Below, piece by piece: positions 7,708 through 16,204 of a stretch of DNA of 64,000 nt (positions are counted from its first letter, which is position 1; each line of letters starts with the position of its first letter). The position numbers and the translations under genes were made by a program. The stretch is from sequence record PQ066597.1, one strand, 5' to 3'. The notes under the pieces were generated by a model. It had not been told where the DNA came from. It was given only the letters and a program-made list of their open reading frames with translations, and did no database searches.

Positions 7708-8858
7708 TTTAAAAAGTCCTTACAAACAATGTGCTCGTCAAATACTTCTGGATACCCGAGAAGGTTCGCCAGACGTTGACGACAGGCTACCACGTTAGAT
7801 TCAACTATGTCAAACCCGAATATCTGGTTAGCGATAGTTTCCTTATCATGCCCCATATCTAACCGACGTTCTGCGATACGGTATAGGATATTCCCATCAC
7901 CACACGCCGGATCACAGAATGACCCATCCCAGTTAACAACACGGTCAAGTAACATATCAGTAACCACGTCTGGGGTAAACACCTCGTGTGTGGATTTCTG
8001 GCGCTCTAAATCAAACTCAGAAGCAACTCGATTCTTATCCTCTGTGTGCGTCCCTGAATGGTATCTACCTCGCGTTTCTACGTCATAGTAGGGTAACACA
8101 CCCATATAACCACAAATCCAATCACGAATCGTTGGGAGAGGTTTGGTGAGGTCTGGGTACGGTACTGATGCTAGGGTTCCAGAATCGAGGTGTTGATTAT
8201 TCTTATACAGTGCCAAGAACACCCTAGCATAATCAGATTTGATATAATCCAAGAACTTATTAGCTTCTTCTAAAGTATCAAATCCATAGTGGTGCCATTT
8301 AAGATTTGGTTTCGTTTCAACAGAATATTCTTTTGGAACCATAGTAAAGAAATCCGCGTTAAACCTTTCACCTGCTATTGGTACGTGTCCACGGATTAAT
8401 CCAATGTTAACGAAATAGTTTCCTTCTGGATTCTGGCTATTTAAAAGGTTCTTTTGAATTGGTAGCGCTTCATATAGCTTTAAGATCTGGGTTCCGAAAT
8501 AGTTTAGTTCATCAACCTTCATCCTATTTCTGCCATTAGTCATAGGCCCATATACATCGATATACCCATCAAATGGGATACCCATTATTGTATGGGTTAT
8601 GGATAATGGAACAAACAACCCAGCAGAAAAATAAAGGTTACCATCGATTAGTTCCATCGATGTTATGTTTTCTCCAACCACACTTTTAAATTCAACCACA
8701 CGTTTCTGTTCTTTTACCGGGCGACGATTGAAAAATGGTGCAGATGGATGCACACAAATTATCTCTCTCCCAATACAACTCGCTTTGTTAAAGAAGTCTA
8801 AGTGAAGATTCCTGTTATATGGTGGATTCATTATCACGTAATCATATGACTCATTCAT
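7704..8858 (-). CDS. DNA amino-methyltransferase (m6A/m4C), circularly permuted motif order
   Basis: NPPY at residues 11-14; EVFTP, FCDPACGDG, GFDI and DFL at the C-terminus. Confidence 0.8.
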   Translation of the reverse strand: MNESYDYVIMNPPYNRNLHLDFFNKASCIGREIICVHPSAPFFNRRPVKEQKRVVEFKSVVGENITSMELIDGNLYFSAGLFVPLSITHTIMGIPFDGYIDVYGPMTNGRNRMKVDELNYFGTQILKLYEALPIQKNLLNSQNPEGNYFVNIGLIRGHVPIAGERFNADFFTMVPKEYSVETKPNLKWHHYGFDTLEEANKFLDYIKSDYARVFLALYKNNQHLDSGTLASVPYPDLTKPLPTIRDWICGYMGVLPYYDVETRGRYHSGTHTEDKNRVASEFDLERQKSTHEVFTPDVVTDMLLDRVVNWDGSFCDPACGDGNILYRIAERRLDMGHDKETIANQIFGFDIVESNVVACRQRLANLLGYPEVFDEHIVCKDFLK

Positions 8859-9114
8859 ACCGTTCGCCTATATGCCCCCATATCATAACACCATCACCAT
8901 TTCCTGTATAACAAACAAATTGACCAGCGTAAAAATGGGTTTTTGCATTTGAGCTTTCTTTTTCTATAAAAGATAAAGATTCCTCATATGTATTACCGGG
9001 TAACATCATTATTGTGCAATGGATTTCTTTGGCTCCATGTTCATGAGCCCAACATGGATACCCATCTTTTTTAATATAAAATACGGGACCACCAATTCTA
9101 TGTAGCATAAACAC
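8851..9114 (-). CDS. hypothetical protein
   Basis: Tiled minus-strand ORF. Confidence 0.7.
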   Translation of the reverse strand: MFMLHRIGGPVFYIKKDGYPCWAHEHGAKEIHCTIMMLPGNTYEESLSFIEKESSNAKTHFYAGQFVCYTGNGDGVMIWGHIGERYE

Positions 9115-9120
9115 CTCTAA

Positions 9121-9146
9121 AAAGTTAAAGGGGACCTAACGTCCCC
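9121..9146 (-). terminator. intrinsic terminator
   Basis: GGGGAC/GTCCCC stem followed by TTTAACTTT. Confidence 0.6.
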
Positions 9147-9152
9147 ATAATA

Positions 9153-9449
9153 TCATAGGCAAATAATATCTTGGTGGAAAATATCGTTTTCAACATCACG
9201 ATAAGAACGGACGTCACCAACATAATCTCGATAAAATTTAATTAGGTCTTCCAACTTACGGAAAGAACTATAAACCTCTTTTGTGAAGAACAAATTTCGT
9301 AGTGCATCATAATACACAGTATGGCTTTCCATCGCATGATATCGGTCTTCCATACCGAAATAATCTGGTTCATATACAACGGAAATAAAAGAGATCTTAC
9401 CGATTTGAATGTTTTCCAACAGTTTAAATTCGTCAAATTTAATATTCAT
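9153..9449 (-). CDS. hypothetical protein
   Basis: Tiled minus-strand ORF. Confidence 0.75.
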   Translation of the reverse strand: MNIKFDEFKLLENIQIGKISFISVVYEPDYFGMEDRYHAMESHTVYYDALRNLFFTKEVYSSFRKLEDLIKFYRDYVGDVRSYRDVENDIFHQDIICL

Positions 9450-9909
9450 ATTGATTCTCCGTAAGGATTGTAATTACTCGATCTTGGTTTCTTACTACTC
9501 GTAAAGAATCTGGTGGATTCTTTACAAATTCTCGGATTCGGATTTGTGCATTTACATCTAGGATACCAACCCGTCCCATATACCAGACAGTATACATGTC
9601 TCTATCTGCTGGTGTGAATTCTGGATATTCTTTAATGATATCTGAGTCTTTAACTTTGATATTTTCCACTCGTTGGAAATACCTTACAATAAAATGGTCT
9701 GTTAGATTTAATACCCCGACAGTTCTCCATGTACTGTAATTATAATGATCTTCTATCCTACCACCTAGATAATCACCGGGCTGTAATGTGTATTCTACCT
9801 CTTCTAAAATACGATGACAGTTTGCTATCTGATCGTTCATTAGTTGGATTTGGCGATTAATCTTGGTCACTCTAGAGGGTTTAATTCCACGAATACGACG
9901 ACCGTTCAT
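9439..9909 (-). CDS. hypothetical protein with T-x-H-x3-R-x3-R ... VITI motif (DUF4258-like)
   Basis: LTDHFIVRYFQR and RVITIL. Confidence 0.6.
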   Translation of the reverse strand: MNGRRIRGIKPSRVTKINRQIQLMNDQIANCHRILEEVEYTLQPGDYLGGRIEDHYNYSTWRTVGVLNLTDHFIVRYFQRVENIKVKDSDIIKEYPEFTPADRDMYTVWYMGRVGILDVNAQIRIREFVKNPPDSLRVVRNQDRVITILTENQYEY

Positions 9910-9911
9910 AA

Positions 9912-10373
9912 TTAAACCCCCGGATATTCAATACGATTCTCGTTTATCTCGTTCCAATAATCGTCGTTCTCGTTACTACATTCATCGTCGTCCCAGTCTC
10001 GACGGGTCCAACCAAGATTTTCCGAATTCCAGAATGCAATACACCAATCACCAATACCCTCATACCCATCATCGGCACCATACCCATATCGGATTTTTTG
10101 AACCCAATAATAACCGGATTTCCTATCCTTCACTCGGAGTTTATCCAATTCCTTATTCTTGGTTTCTGCCATTTCTTGTGCAAAATTAATGACTACCGGA
10201 ATAAGTTCTGGTTGGATAATAGACCTACCCCACCCAGACCAGATAATAATCTTACCGTCTTTATTGGGCCATGAGAATTCTTTAATGAATTTGTAATCAC
10301 TCATAACAACAGACAATTCCCAATTGTTACTCTTGCGATCACCCAATTCTTTCACAATCCATTTTGCATTCAT
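9912..10373 (-). CDS. hypothetical protein
   Basis: Start re-called at MNAKW (GAGG RBS). Confidence 0.75.
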   Translation of the reverse strand: MNAKWIVKELGDRKSNNWELSVVMSDYKFIKEFSWPNKDGKIIIWSGWGRSIIQPELIPVVINFAQEMAETKNKELDKLRVKDRKSGYYWVQKIRYGYGADDGYEGIGDWCIAFWNSENLGWTRRDWDDDECSNENDDYWNEINENRIEYPGV

Positions 10374-10408
10374 AATATATCCTCTCAATTTTTAGATATT
10401 ATTGCTTA

Positions 10409-11035
10409 TTATTTCTCTTGTGTCAACTTGTTCATTTCGATGCAATATTCAACAAAAGATTTTATATCTGGGTTTTTATCCATTGGGTTTAGGTTTACTT
10501 CCTGTTGTTCTTCTACTTTAACTGAATGTGTCTTAAGTAAATCCCAAACAAGGTCAACGTACCTTGTACGGACACAAACACGTATACTATTGAATTTAAT
10601 GATAATGAATGTTCTATTAGAAGAACCATCCCCCCGTGGGAGGTCGTAGTAAGATATGTCGGAACGATTATCATTCATCCCAATTGCTGCATAAGAAAGC
10701 CTACCATATTGATCATCAATAAGTGATACATCCCCATGTTTTTTAAGATTTTTGATAAAAGAACGTACTTGTCCTTTACTAGACAGATAAACCGAATTTC
10801 GGAGTATTGATAATGCGATATAAGATCTATGTGTATTAAGCCACAACTCCGGATCGTAATTATGAAACCACATTGTATCTGATAATGCTTTTGCAACGTG
10901 AAGGTGGTCTTCACATGTTGCATTTTTTGCAATCATACGAGCATTCCTATTTACATATCGTGGTGGTTTATTAATAGTCTCCTTTGTTGTGATGTTCAAA
11001 TCTTCTATATCGTGTTGGGAATACATCTTGACCAT
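10409..11035 (-). CDS. hypothetical protein, paralog of 11037-11690
   Basis: Shared LSxxAxGMND, RT[RK], [DE]IxSFxxYCI motifs. Confidence 0.85.
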   Translation of the reverse strand: MVKMYSQHDIEDLNITTKETINKPPRYVNRNARMIAKNATCEDHLHVAKALSDTMWFHNYDPELWLNTHRSYIALSILRNSVYLSSKGQVRSFIKNLKKHGDVSLIDDQYGRLSYAAIGMNDNRSDISYYDLPRGDGSSNRTFIIIKFNSIRVCVRTRYVDLVWDLLKTHSVKVEEQQEVNLNPMDKNPDIKSFVEYCIEMNKLTQEK

Positions 11036-11036
11036 C

Positions 11037-11690
11037 TTAAATTTCCCCTCTTACATTAACGATACAATAGTTAATGAATGACGAGATTTCATCAGACATA
11101 ATCGATTTTTTCTCTGACGTTGGTGTGGTATCTCCTTTATAATCATCATAACAGCGTTTGACGGTTTCAATATGTTTAGTTCGGATCCAAAAAATCAAAT
11201 CATTATATTTTACTTTTACCATCATCTTACTGTCACCATAGTGTACGGAAGACAAGTCGTTATTTGTAAAGTCGTTAGTGGAATCATTCATCCCAAGTGC
11301 ATCCCAAGACAACCTAACAATTCCCAAAAGCTTTAAATTTCCGGATTTTTGAAGGAGATTAACAAACTTTTTTACTTCTTCTTCATATTCAATATATGCA
11401 ACTAACGGAGTACGTGTATTTTTATATTGTCGATATTCACTGTGATAATGGTGAGATGGGGTATGAGATTTTACCGTTTTTTCGAGTATTGTAGCGACTT
11501 CCGTTAACCCCTTTTTATGGAGATATTCCGCATTCATATTTCTAAAAACTTTGTTGGTATCTTTTACTTCTTCCCCATTCATACCGATATATGAATTGTT
11601 TTTTGGTTTTGATCCTGTGTGCACGACACCATTATACATGGATGAAAGCTCCTGTTCTATTTCGTTTAGACTAATATCATACATTTTCAT
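11037..11690 (-). CDS. hypothetical protein, paralog of 10409-11035
   Basis: Shared motifs as above; AAGGA RBS. Confidence 0.85.
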   Translation of the reverse strand: MKMYDISLNEIEQELSSMYNGVVHTGSKPKNNSYIGMNGEEVKDTNKVFRNMNAEYLHKKGLTEVATILEKTVKSHTPSHHYHSEYRQYKNTRTPLVAYIEYEEEVKKFVNLLQKSGNLKLLGIVRLSWDALGMNDSTNDFTNNDLSSVHYGDSKMMVKVKYNDLIFWIRTKHIETVKRCYDDYKGDTTPTSEKKSIMSDEISSFINYCIVNVRGEI

Positions 11691-11702
11691 GATGTTTCCT
11701 TA

Positions 11703-11737
11703 AAATTTAAAGGGGATTGTCTTTCGACAACCCCCTT
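11703..11737 (-). terminator. intrinsic terminator
   Basis: AGGGGGTTGTC-GAAA-GACAATCCCCT then TTAAATTTT. Confidence 0.75.
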
Positions 11738-11746
11738 ATCTTACTA

Positions 11747-12340
11747 TTACTTGCTCAGGGAGTCAATGTAATCTTGTACTTCAATATCACTTACTTGGGT
11801 AACCTTATCACCGGTAAAGGTGTTAACTCGGGTAAGAACTTCACTCACATCGATATCAACCAGTGCGGCAGCTTCTACCACATCTTCTGCGGAAGCGACA
11901 CCCAGCTCGTTAGCAGCCTTAGTTTCGCGAATGAATTCCAGTTTTACTTGAAGGTCATTGAGCTGATCATTGAGGCGGACGGTAGCAACCTCGATCTCGG
12001 AGCGCATCCCAACAAACTCATCAGCCTTCTTGGTAAGGGCCTCGGAAGTCCGACGATACAGGATACCCAGCTTACCGTGACTTTCTACATTCACCCCTTT
12101 CTTGAGAAGACCACGAATCTCGTTTTCTTTCTTAACCGCGAGATTGGTTTTCTCTTCTGCCAGACTACGGAGCCGTTTTTCTTCTTTGATAGACTTGACG
12201 TGTGCGGTGCGAAGACGGGTGATTTCGTTGATAATCCGTTCAGCCGCCCCGGTATACTGATCTTCGACGGTAACGTTTTTGGTGGTGAAGGTCAGGATTT
12301 TAGCGGTGATAAATGCCCAGATTTGTTTCAGAGTTTTCAT
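11747..12340 (-). CDS. e.6: T4 e.6-like coiled-coil protein
   Basis: VEDQYTxAA, HVKSIKEEKRLR, KLGILYRRT, KLEFIRETKAAN match my recollection of T4 E.6. Confidence 0.8.
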   Translation of the reverse strand: MKTLKQIWAFITAKILTFTTKNVTVEDQYTGAAERIINEITRLRTAHVKSIKEEKRLRSLAEEKTNLAVKKENEIRGLLKKGVNVESHGKLGILYRRTSEALTKKADEFVGMRSEIEVATVRLNDQLNDLQVKLEFIRETKAANELGVASAEDVVEAAALVDIDVSEVLTRVNTFTGDKVTQVSDIEVQDYIDSLSK

Positions 12341-12407
12341 TTTTATTTCCTTTTTGTTTATTGAGATTAGATATTAAATTGTTTTGTTTTCTGTGTCAAC
12401 TATATTT

Positions 12408-13094
12408 TTACCAGCCTTCCATCGGGAACTCAAGGTAAACTTGTGCGTTGCGACGAATTTCATTACTGATTTTCTTTACACGATCTGTGTTACGGGATAC
12501 ACGACCAAACCAGCGCCAACCGTTACCAACCGTCTTCGACCCGGTGTGCCATGTTTGCCAATCAAACTGTAACAACGTCCGGTCAGGGGCAGTATGCAAC
12601 ACCAGTTCACCATTGTCAATCTTTTCCAAAACTTCTTTGTGCCATTGGCGGTAAATGAGTTCGCCATCTGGAACTTGGCTAAACTCGGCTTCTCCTACTG
12701 CAAAATGAGTAGGGCAGATATCACCGTTAACCAAACCAAGAATATGTTCAGACATATAACGAGGGTTGTCATAGTCTGGTTGACCTGCGGTGATGAAATG
12801 CTGACCTACAGGGATGTCCGGGCGCGGAACATCATCATGATGATAACCGGGGATTGCGGGATACCAACCGGGCATAAGCATGTGTACACGAGAATCAAAC
12901 ACAACATCGCCATATTGCCATTCTTCCGGTAATTTGGCGATGAAACTCCTAGTTATAGGACCACCATGATTTATAGCAAAAGCCAAATCGCAGTTGAAGA
13001 ACATAGGTTCGTTCTTGATTTCGTCATCTGATACATGTTGAGCGAACTGTCCGAGATTCTGGAACTTGGAATTAAAAATCTTTTTGCTATTCAT
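12408..13094 (-). CDS. putative 2OG-Fe(II) oxygenase-like (DSBH) protein
   Basis: DSRVHML-PGYHHDD (HxD), distal WH, and RWFGR. Confidence 0.6.
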   Translation of the reverse strand: MNSKKIFNSKFQNLGQFAQHVSDDEIKNEPMFFNCDLAFAINHGGPITRSFIAKLPEEWQYGDVVFDSRVHMLMPGWYPAIPGYHHDDVPRPDIPVGQHFITAGQPDYDNPRYMSEHILGLVNGDICPTHFAVGEAEFSQVPDGELIYRQWHKEVLEKIDNGELVLHTAPDRTLLQFDWQTWHTGSKTVGNGWRWFGRVSRNTDRVKKISNEIRRNAQVYLEFPMEGW

Positions 13095-13096
13095 AA

Positions 13097-13309
13097 TTAA
13101 TCCTTATTGAAATAATCATCTGCGCTATCAGAAGTCAGTGGGTCATGTTCGCTTCTATCATATAACTCAACACTTACTTTGGTAGAGATACTACTACAAT
13201 TATCTCTCTGTTCTACACCAACCCACAAATATATGTTCTCTTTGATGTAGCGAATCAGATACTCTTGGTTCTGTTCAACCCACTGTTCATAAGTCGTTTT
13301 AGTATCCAT
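13097..13309 (-). CDS. hypothetical early protein
   Basis: Start re-called at MDTKTT (AGGAG RBS) after promoter 13337-13365. Confidence 0.75.
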   Translation of the reverse strand: MDTKTTYEQWVEQNQEYLIRYIKENIYLWVGVEQRDNCSSISTKVSVELYDRSEHDPLTSDSADDYFNKD

Positions 13310-13336
13310 GGTTATCTCCTTTGTTTCGACAAGAAG

Positions 13337-13365
13337 AGTATCCCATTTCTGAGATACCCAGTCAA
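13337..13365 (-). promoter_or_regulatory. sigma70-like early promoter
   Basis: TTGACT-N17-GATACT with TG extension; cassette near-identical to 39634-39684. Confidence 0.7.
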
Positions 13366-13368
13366 CAA

Positions 13369-13665
13369 CTATTTTGAAAAAGATTTGTGAATTGCGACGG
13401 CTTCCCATACCTTATTAAATGCATCTTCAAATGCATCGTTTTCGGCGTATGTCCTGTCGTATTTTTCTGGGTCTAATCCACCCGAATTGACACCATGAAA
13501 AACTAAACCGTTTTTTAATGTGATTATACAGAATAGATATCTATTATGTTTTTCAATAATACCATCCACCCCATATACACCATTTGTGTTATCGATACCC
13601 TGTTTTGCGGTAAACCAAAAAACAGTACTGATATAACTTCCTACTTCTTCTTTACTTATTTTCAT
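13369..13665 (-). CDS. hypothetical protein
   Basis: Tiled minus-strand ORF. Confidence 0.8.
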   Translation of the reverse strand: MKISKEEVGSYISTVFWFTAKQGIDNTNGVYGVDGIIEKHNRYLFCIITLKNGLVFHGVNSGGLDPEKYDRTYAENDAFEDAFNKVWEAVAIHKSFSK

Positions 13666-13986
13666 TTATCCAATCCAATCTATGAGTATAAAAAGACTCT
13701 TGGTTGTGTACACATATTCACTAACGAAACAACCTTCTGCATACCAGATCTTTTCTCCGTTAGATATGACTATGCTTCGTTTTATCGGTTCCTCATTGAA
13801 AGAGAACATATTAAACATATTCTCCCAATCTTGGCAATGAACGACCCAAGGTTTGATGTACCTGTATTGCCCTAGAATAAACCCGTCTCTGGTTTTTACT
13901 CCACCTCGCATTTCAAATAGATCGTCGGGTGATTCATCAGATTGTACCATGAAAACACTAGGGCCAATTTTTACATCGAATTTCAT
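13666..13986 (-). CDS. hypothetical protein
   Basis: Tiled minus-strand ORF. Confidence 0.8.
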   Translation of the reverse strand: MKFDVKIGPSVFMVQSDESPDDLFEMRGGVKTRDGFILGQYRYIKPWVVHCQDWENMFNMFSFNEEPIKRSIVISNGEKIWYAEGCFVSEYVYTTKSLFILIDWIG

Positions 13987-14147
13987 TCCTTTTTACCCGC
14001 GAGCATCAGTAAAATTCCTGAAATGACTGGACTAAACAAGACCGAACCAACCATCCAAAGAGCCCAATTCCGATTCCACATATGAGCACCGATTGAAACA
14101 AGAGCACATAAAGCAACATACAACCCGTCGTTGATGATAAATTCCAT
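13983..14147 (-). CDS. small two-helix membrane protein (54 aa, not in ORF track)
   Basis: MEFIINDG...RNWALWMVGSVLFSPVISGILLMLAGKKE; TAATG and ATGA coupling on both sides. Confidence 0.75.
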   Translation of the reverse strand: MEFIINDGLYVALCALVSIGAHMWNRNWALWMVGSVLFSPVISGILLMLAGKKE

Positions 14148-14410
14148 TATACTTTTACCCCAGTTAGAACCACAATTTCATATTCATCCAGAGAGAAATC
14201 AACGTCCGGATCTGAATAAAATGTGTTGAACCCTCTTTTAATTTCTCCCCTTTCGAGAATACGCTTGACATCCATATAAGCCAATAGACACCAAACGTTG
14301 TTAGAGAATTCCGGTTCTGTTAGACAATAGTCTGTTTCTCCATCTATGTAGCTGGTAAACACCTCCCAACCTACAAACTTCCCAGTTTCTTTATGTGCAA
14401 GTGCAAACAT
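14147..14410 (-). CDS. hypothetical protein
   Basis: Tiled minus-strand ORF. Confidence 0.8.
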   Translation of the reverse strand: MFALAHKETGKFVGWEVFTSYIDGETDYCLTEPEFSNNVWCLLAYMDVKRILERGEIKRGFNTFYSDPDVDFSLDEYEIVVLTGVKV

Positions 14411-14413
14411 ATC

Positions 14414-15322
14414 TTAACCCTCAAATGGCTTAATCATGTGTTGGTTCTTGAGGAAGAGTTGAACGTAGTTCTCCCCAATCTTGGTTTGTTCATTATAAAT
14501 ATCCATCACGTTTGTATAGTTCTCGTATGCATACTCGCGAAACCATCCAGAAGTGATAGAAGTACAAACCTTTTCCAATGCCATCATAAAAGCTTTGGCT
14601 GGATGAACCTTACCCGGAAATGGTACTATACACCGTTCTAGTGCCAAAACGCAAGCTTCTTCGTATACACCAAGAAGTTTAATACGCATATCACACTGTT
14701 CAAACTTCGTTTTTGATGTCATCACTTCTTCACCATCAACCATGTATGACAAATAAGCGGGTCGTTCTCCAACGGCAATAGCTTGGTGAACTGTGTCGTG
14801 ATCCATAGTGTAAAAATCATCGGTGAAGAAATCTTTCTTACCTACATTAAGCTTTGGGTGTCCATAAGTCAAGGATTCTTTTTCACGTTTCTTGAAGATC
14901 TCGAATTCTTTTTCATTCATCACCACACCAAAGTCACGAAGTTCGTGAATGGATTTCATGGTTTTGATGAAATTGCGCGTGTTCTTTTTGAACCGGTGGG
15001 ACATCTTAATCGCAAGAAGTAGACCGGGAGTAGCTACCTTGATCTTACCATGTTCGTTATTCATGTAGTCAGCAATCATCTCATCAGACGACCCCGGTTG
15101 AATGATATAAGCCTCGTGATAGCAACTCCGACTATCACCGCGCCCAACCACAAAAGCTCGTACATTTGGATTCTGTACGGCTACAGAGCGGCCTTGCATA
15201 CTAGCTTGGTATTCACTCCATTCTTGTTCAGTGGAAATGAAATCATAATCCATATCTTTAGTTGGGGCCATACTATCAGCGTAGAAGCATTCCAACATAG
15301 CACGAGAACCAATCAAAATCAT
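14414..15322 (-). CDS. Pol-beta-superfamily nucleotidyltransferase-like protein
   Basis: Start re-called at MILIGSRA (GAGGG RBS); GS...DYD motif; C-terminal HPKL/HDxxH region. Confidence 0.65.
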   Translation of the reverse strand: MILIGSRAMLECFYADSMAPTKDMDYDFISTEQEWSEYQASMQGRSVAVQNPNVRAFVVGRGDSRSCYHEAYIIQPGSSDEMIADYMNNEHGKIKVATPGLLLAIKMSHRFKKNTRNFIKTMKSIHELRDFGVVMNEKEFEIFKKREKESLTYGHPKLNVGKKDFFTDDFYTMDHDTVHQAIAVGERPAYLSYMVDGEEVMTSKTKFEQCDMRIKLLGVYEEACVLALERCIVPFPGKVHPAKAFMMALEKVCTSITSGWFREYAYENYTNVMDIYNEQTKIGENYVQLFLKNQHMIKPFEG

Positions 15323-15341
15323 AATATTACCCTCAAAATTT

Positions 15342-15362
15342 ATGGGGTCAATACGACCCCAT
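15342..15362. other. stem-loop between small W-S-S-C gene and nucleotidyltransferase
   Basis: ATGGGGTC-AATAC-GACCCCAT perfect 8-bp stem; weak U-tract. Confidence 0.6.
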
Positions 15363-15371
15363 TTCATCAAA

Positions 15372-15599
15372 TTAGCAACTACTTTCTTCCCAGTAGCTAG
15401 GTTCTGCATCAACAGACACGGTAAAACCTTCACCACCTTCACCATAACAAGAGCTACTTAGCCAGTCGTTAAACACTATCTCGTCAGAGTCTGTGTCCAG
15501 TTCTACACCATAATCGTGCTGACCAGCAAGATCGCGTACTTCTTTCAGGAGTACAGCCAGTTGTTTTGCTTTTTCTACCAGTTCATTACTACGAGACAT
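15372..15599 (-). CDS. small acidic protein with W-x-x-S-S-x(0-1)-C motifs
   Basis: DWLSSSC internal and YWEESSC terminal. Confidence 0.8.
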   Translation of the reverse strand: MSRSNELVEKAKQLAVLLKEVRDLAGQHDYGVELDTDSDEIVFNDWLSSSCYGEGGEGFTVSVDAEPSYWEESSC

Positions 15600-15623
15600 T
15601 TTATTTTTCCTTTTGTTTAAAAA

Positions 15624-15911
15624 TTAACACTGATCCGAAGAACTCATCCAATAACCATGACCGTCACCGTGACCGTAATCTTCGGCTTGTTCAAGATCCC
15701 AATACTCATGACCGAACGGGTAGTAAGTCCGACCACTACCGTAATCACCCACTGAAAATGATACAACACCAGCATCAGCGAATTTAGTTGCGACATCTTC
15801 CATCATTTCTGACAGTTTAATAACTGTACTCACGGCTTGTTTTGCAGTCATCTCACCGCCTGCGTGGGCTGCTTCAATTTTATCCATTTCTTCTTTGATT
15901 TTATCAAACAT
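15624..15911 (-). CDS. small acidic protein with terminal W-M-S-S-S-D-Q-C
   Basis: GYWMSSSDQC C-terminus; apparent paralog of neighbour. Confidence 0.8.
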   Translation of the reverse strand: MFDKIKEEMDKIEAAHAGGEMTAKQAVSTVIKLSEMMEDVATKFADAGVVSFSVGDYGSGRTYYPFGHEYWDLEQAEDYGHGDGHGYWMSSSDQC

Positions 15912-15934
15912 TTTTAATTTCCTTGATTTTAAAT

Positions 15935-16204
15935 TTATTCGTTGATGACAACAACAAGACGGGAGTAACTGCTATACATATCATTGGATTTAGACCAAGA
16001 CACCCCATATCCATCTTTGACCATACGCTCAACCAGTTCAGAACGGATCTCGGACGGGATGATCTCGTTTGGGATACTAACCGTCACGTTATAGTCATTT
16101 GTCTTTTTGAGAAGATATTCATAAACGAAATTTAGTGCGTTTTGAATCAAAGCTTCTCGCTTCTCGGTGATCTTTTTGTGGATTTCGGAGCTTTTCATTT
16201 CCAT
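15935..16204 (-). CDS. hypothetical protein
   Basis: Tiled minus-strand ORF. Confidence 0.8.
   Translation of the reverse strand: MEMKSSEIHKKITEKREALIQNALNFVYEYLLKKTNDYNVTVSIPNEIIPSEIRSELVERMVKDGYGVSWSKSNDMYSSYSRLVVVINE

Noticed and set aside
15324-15351. TTGACC-N16-TAATAT promoter-like match before the nucleotidyltransferase
   Set aside because: The -10 is 1 nt from the ATG, so a transcript would start inside the gene and lack the RBS
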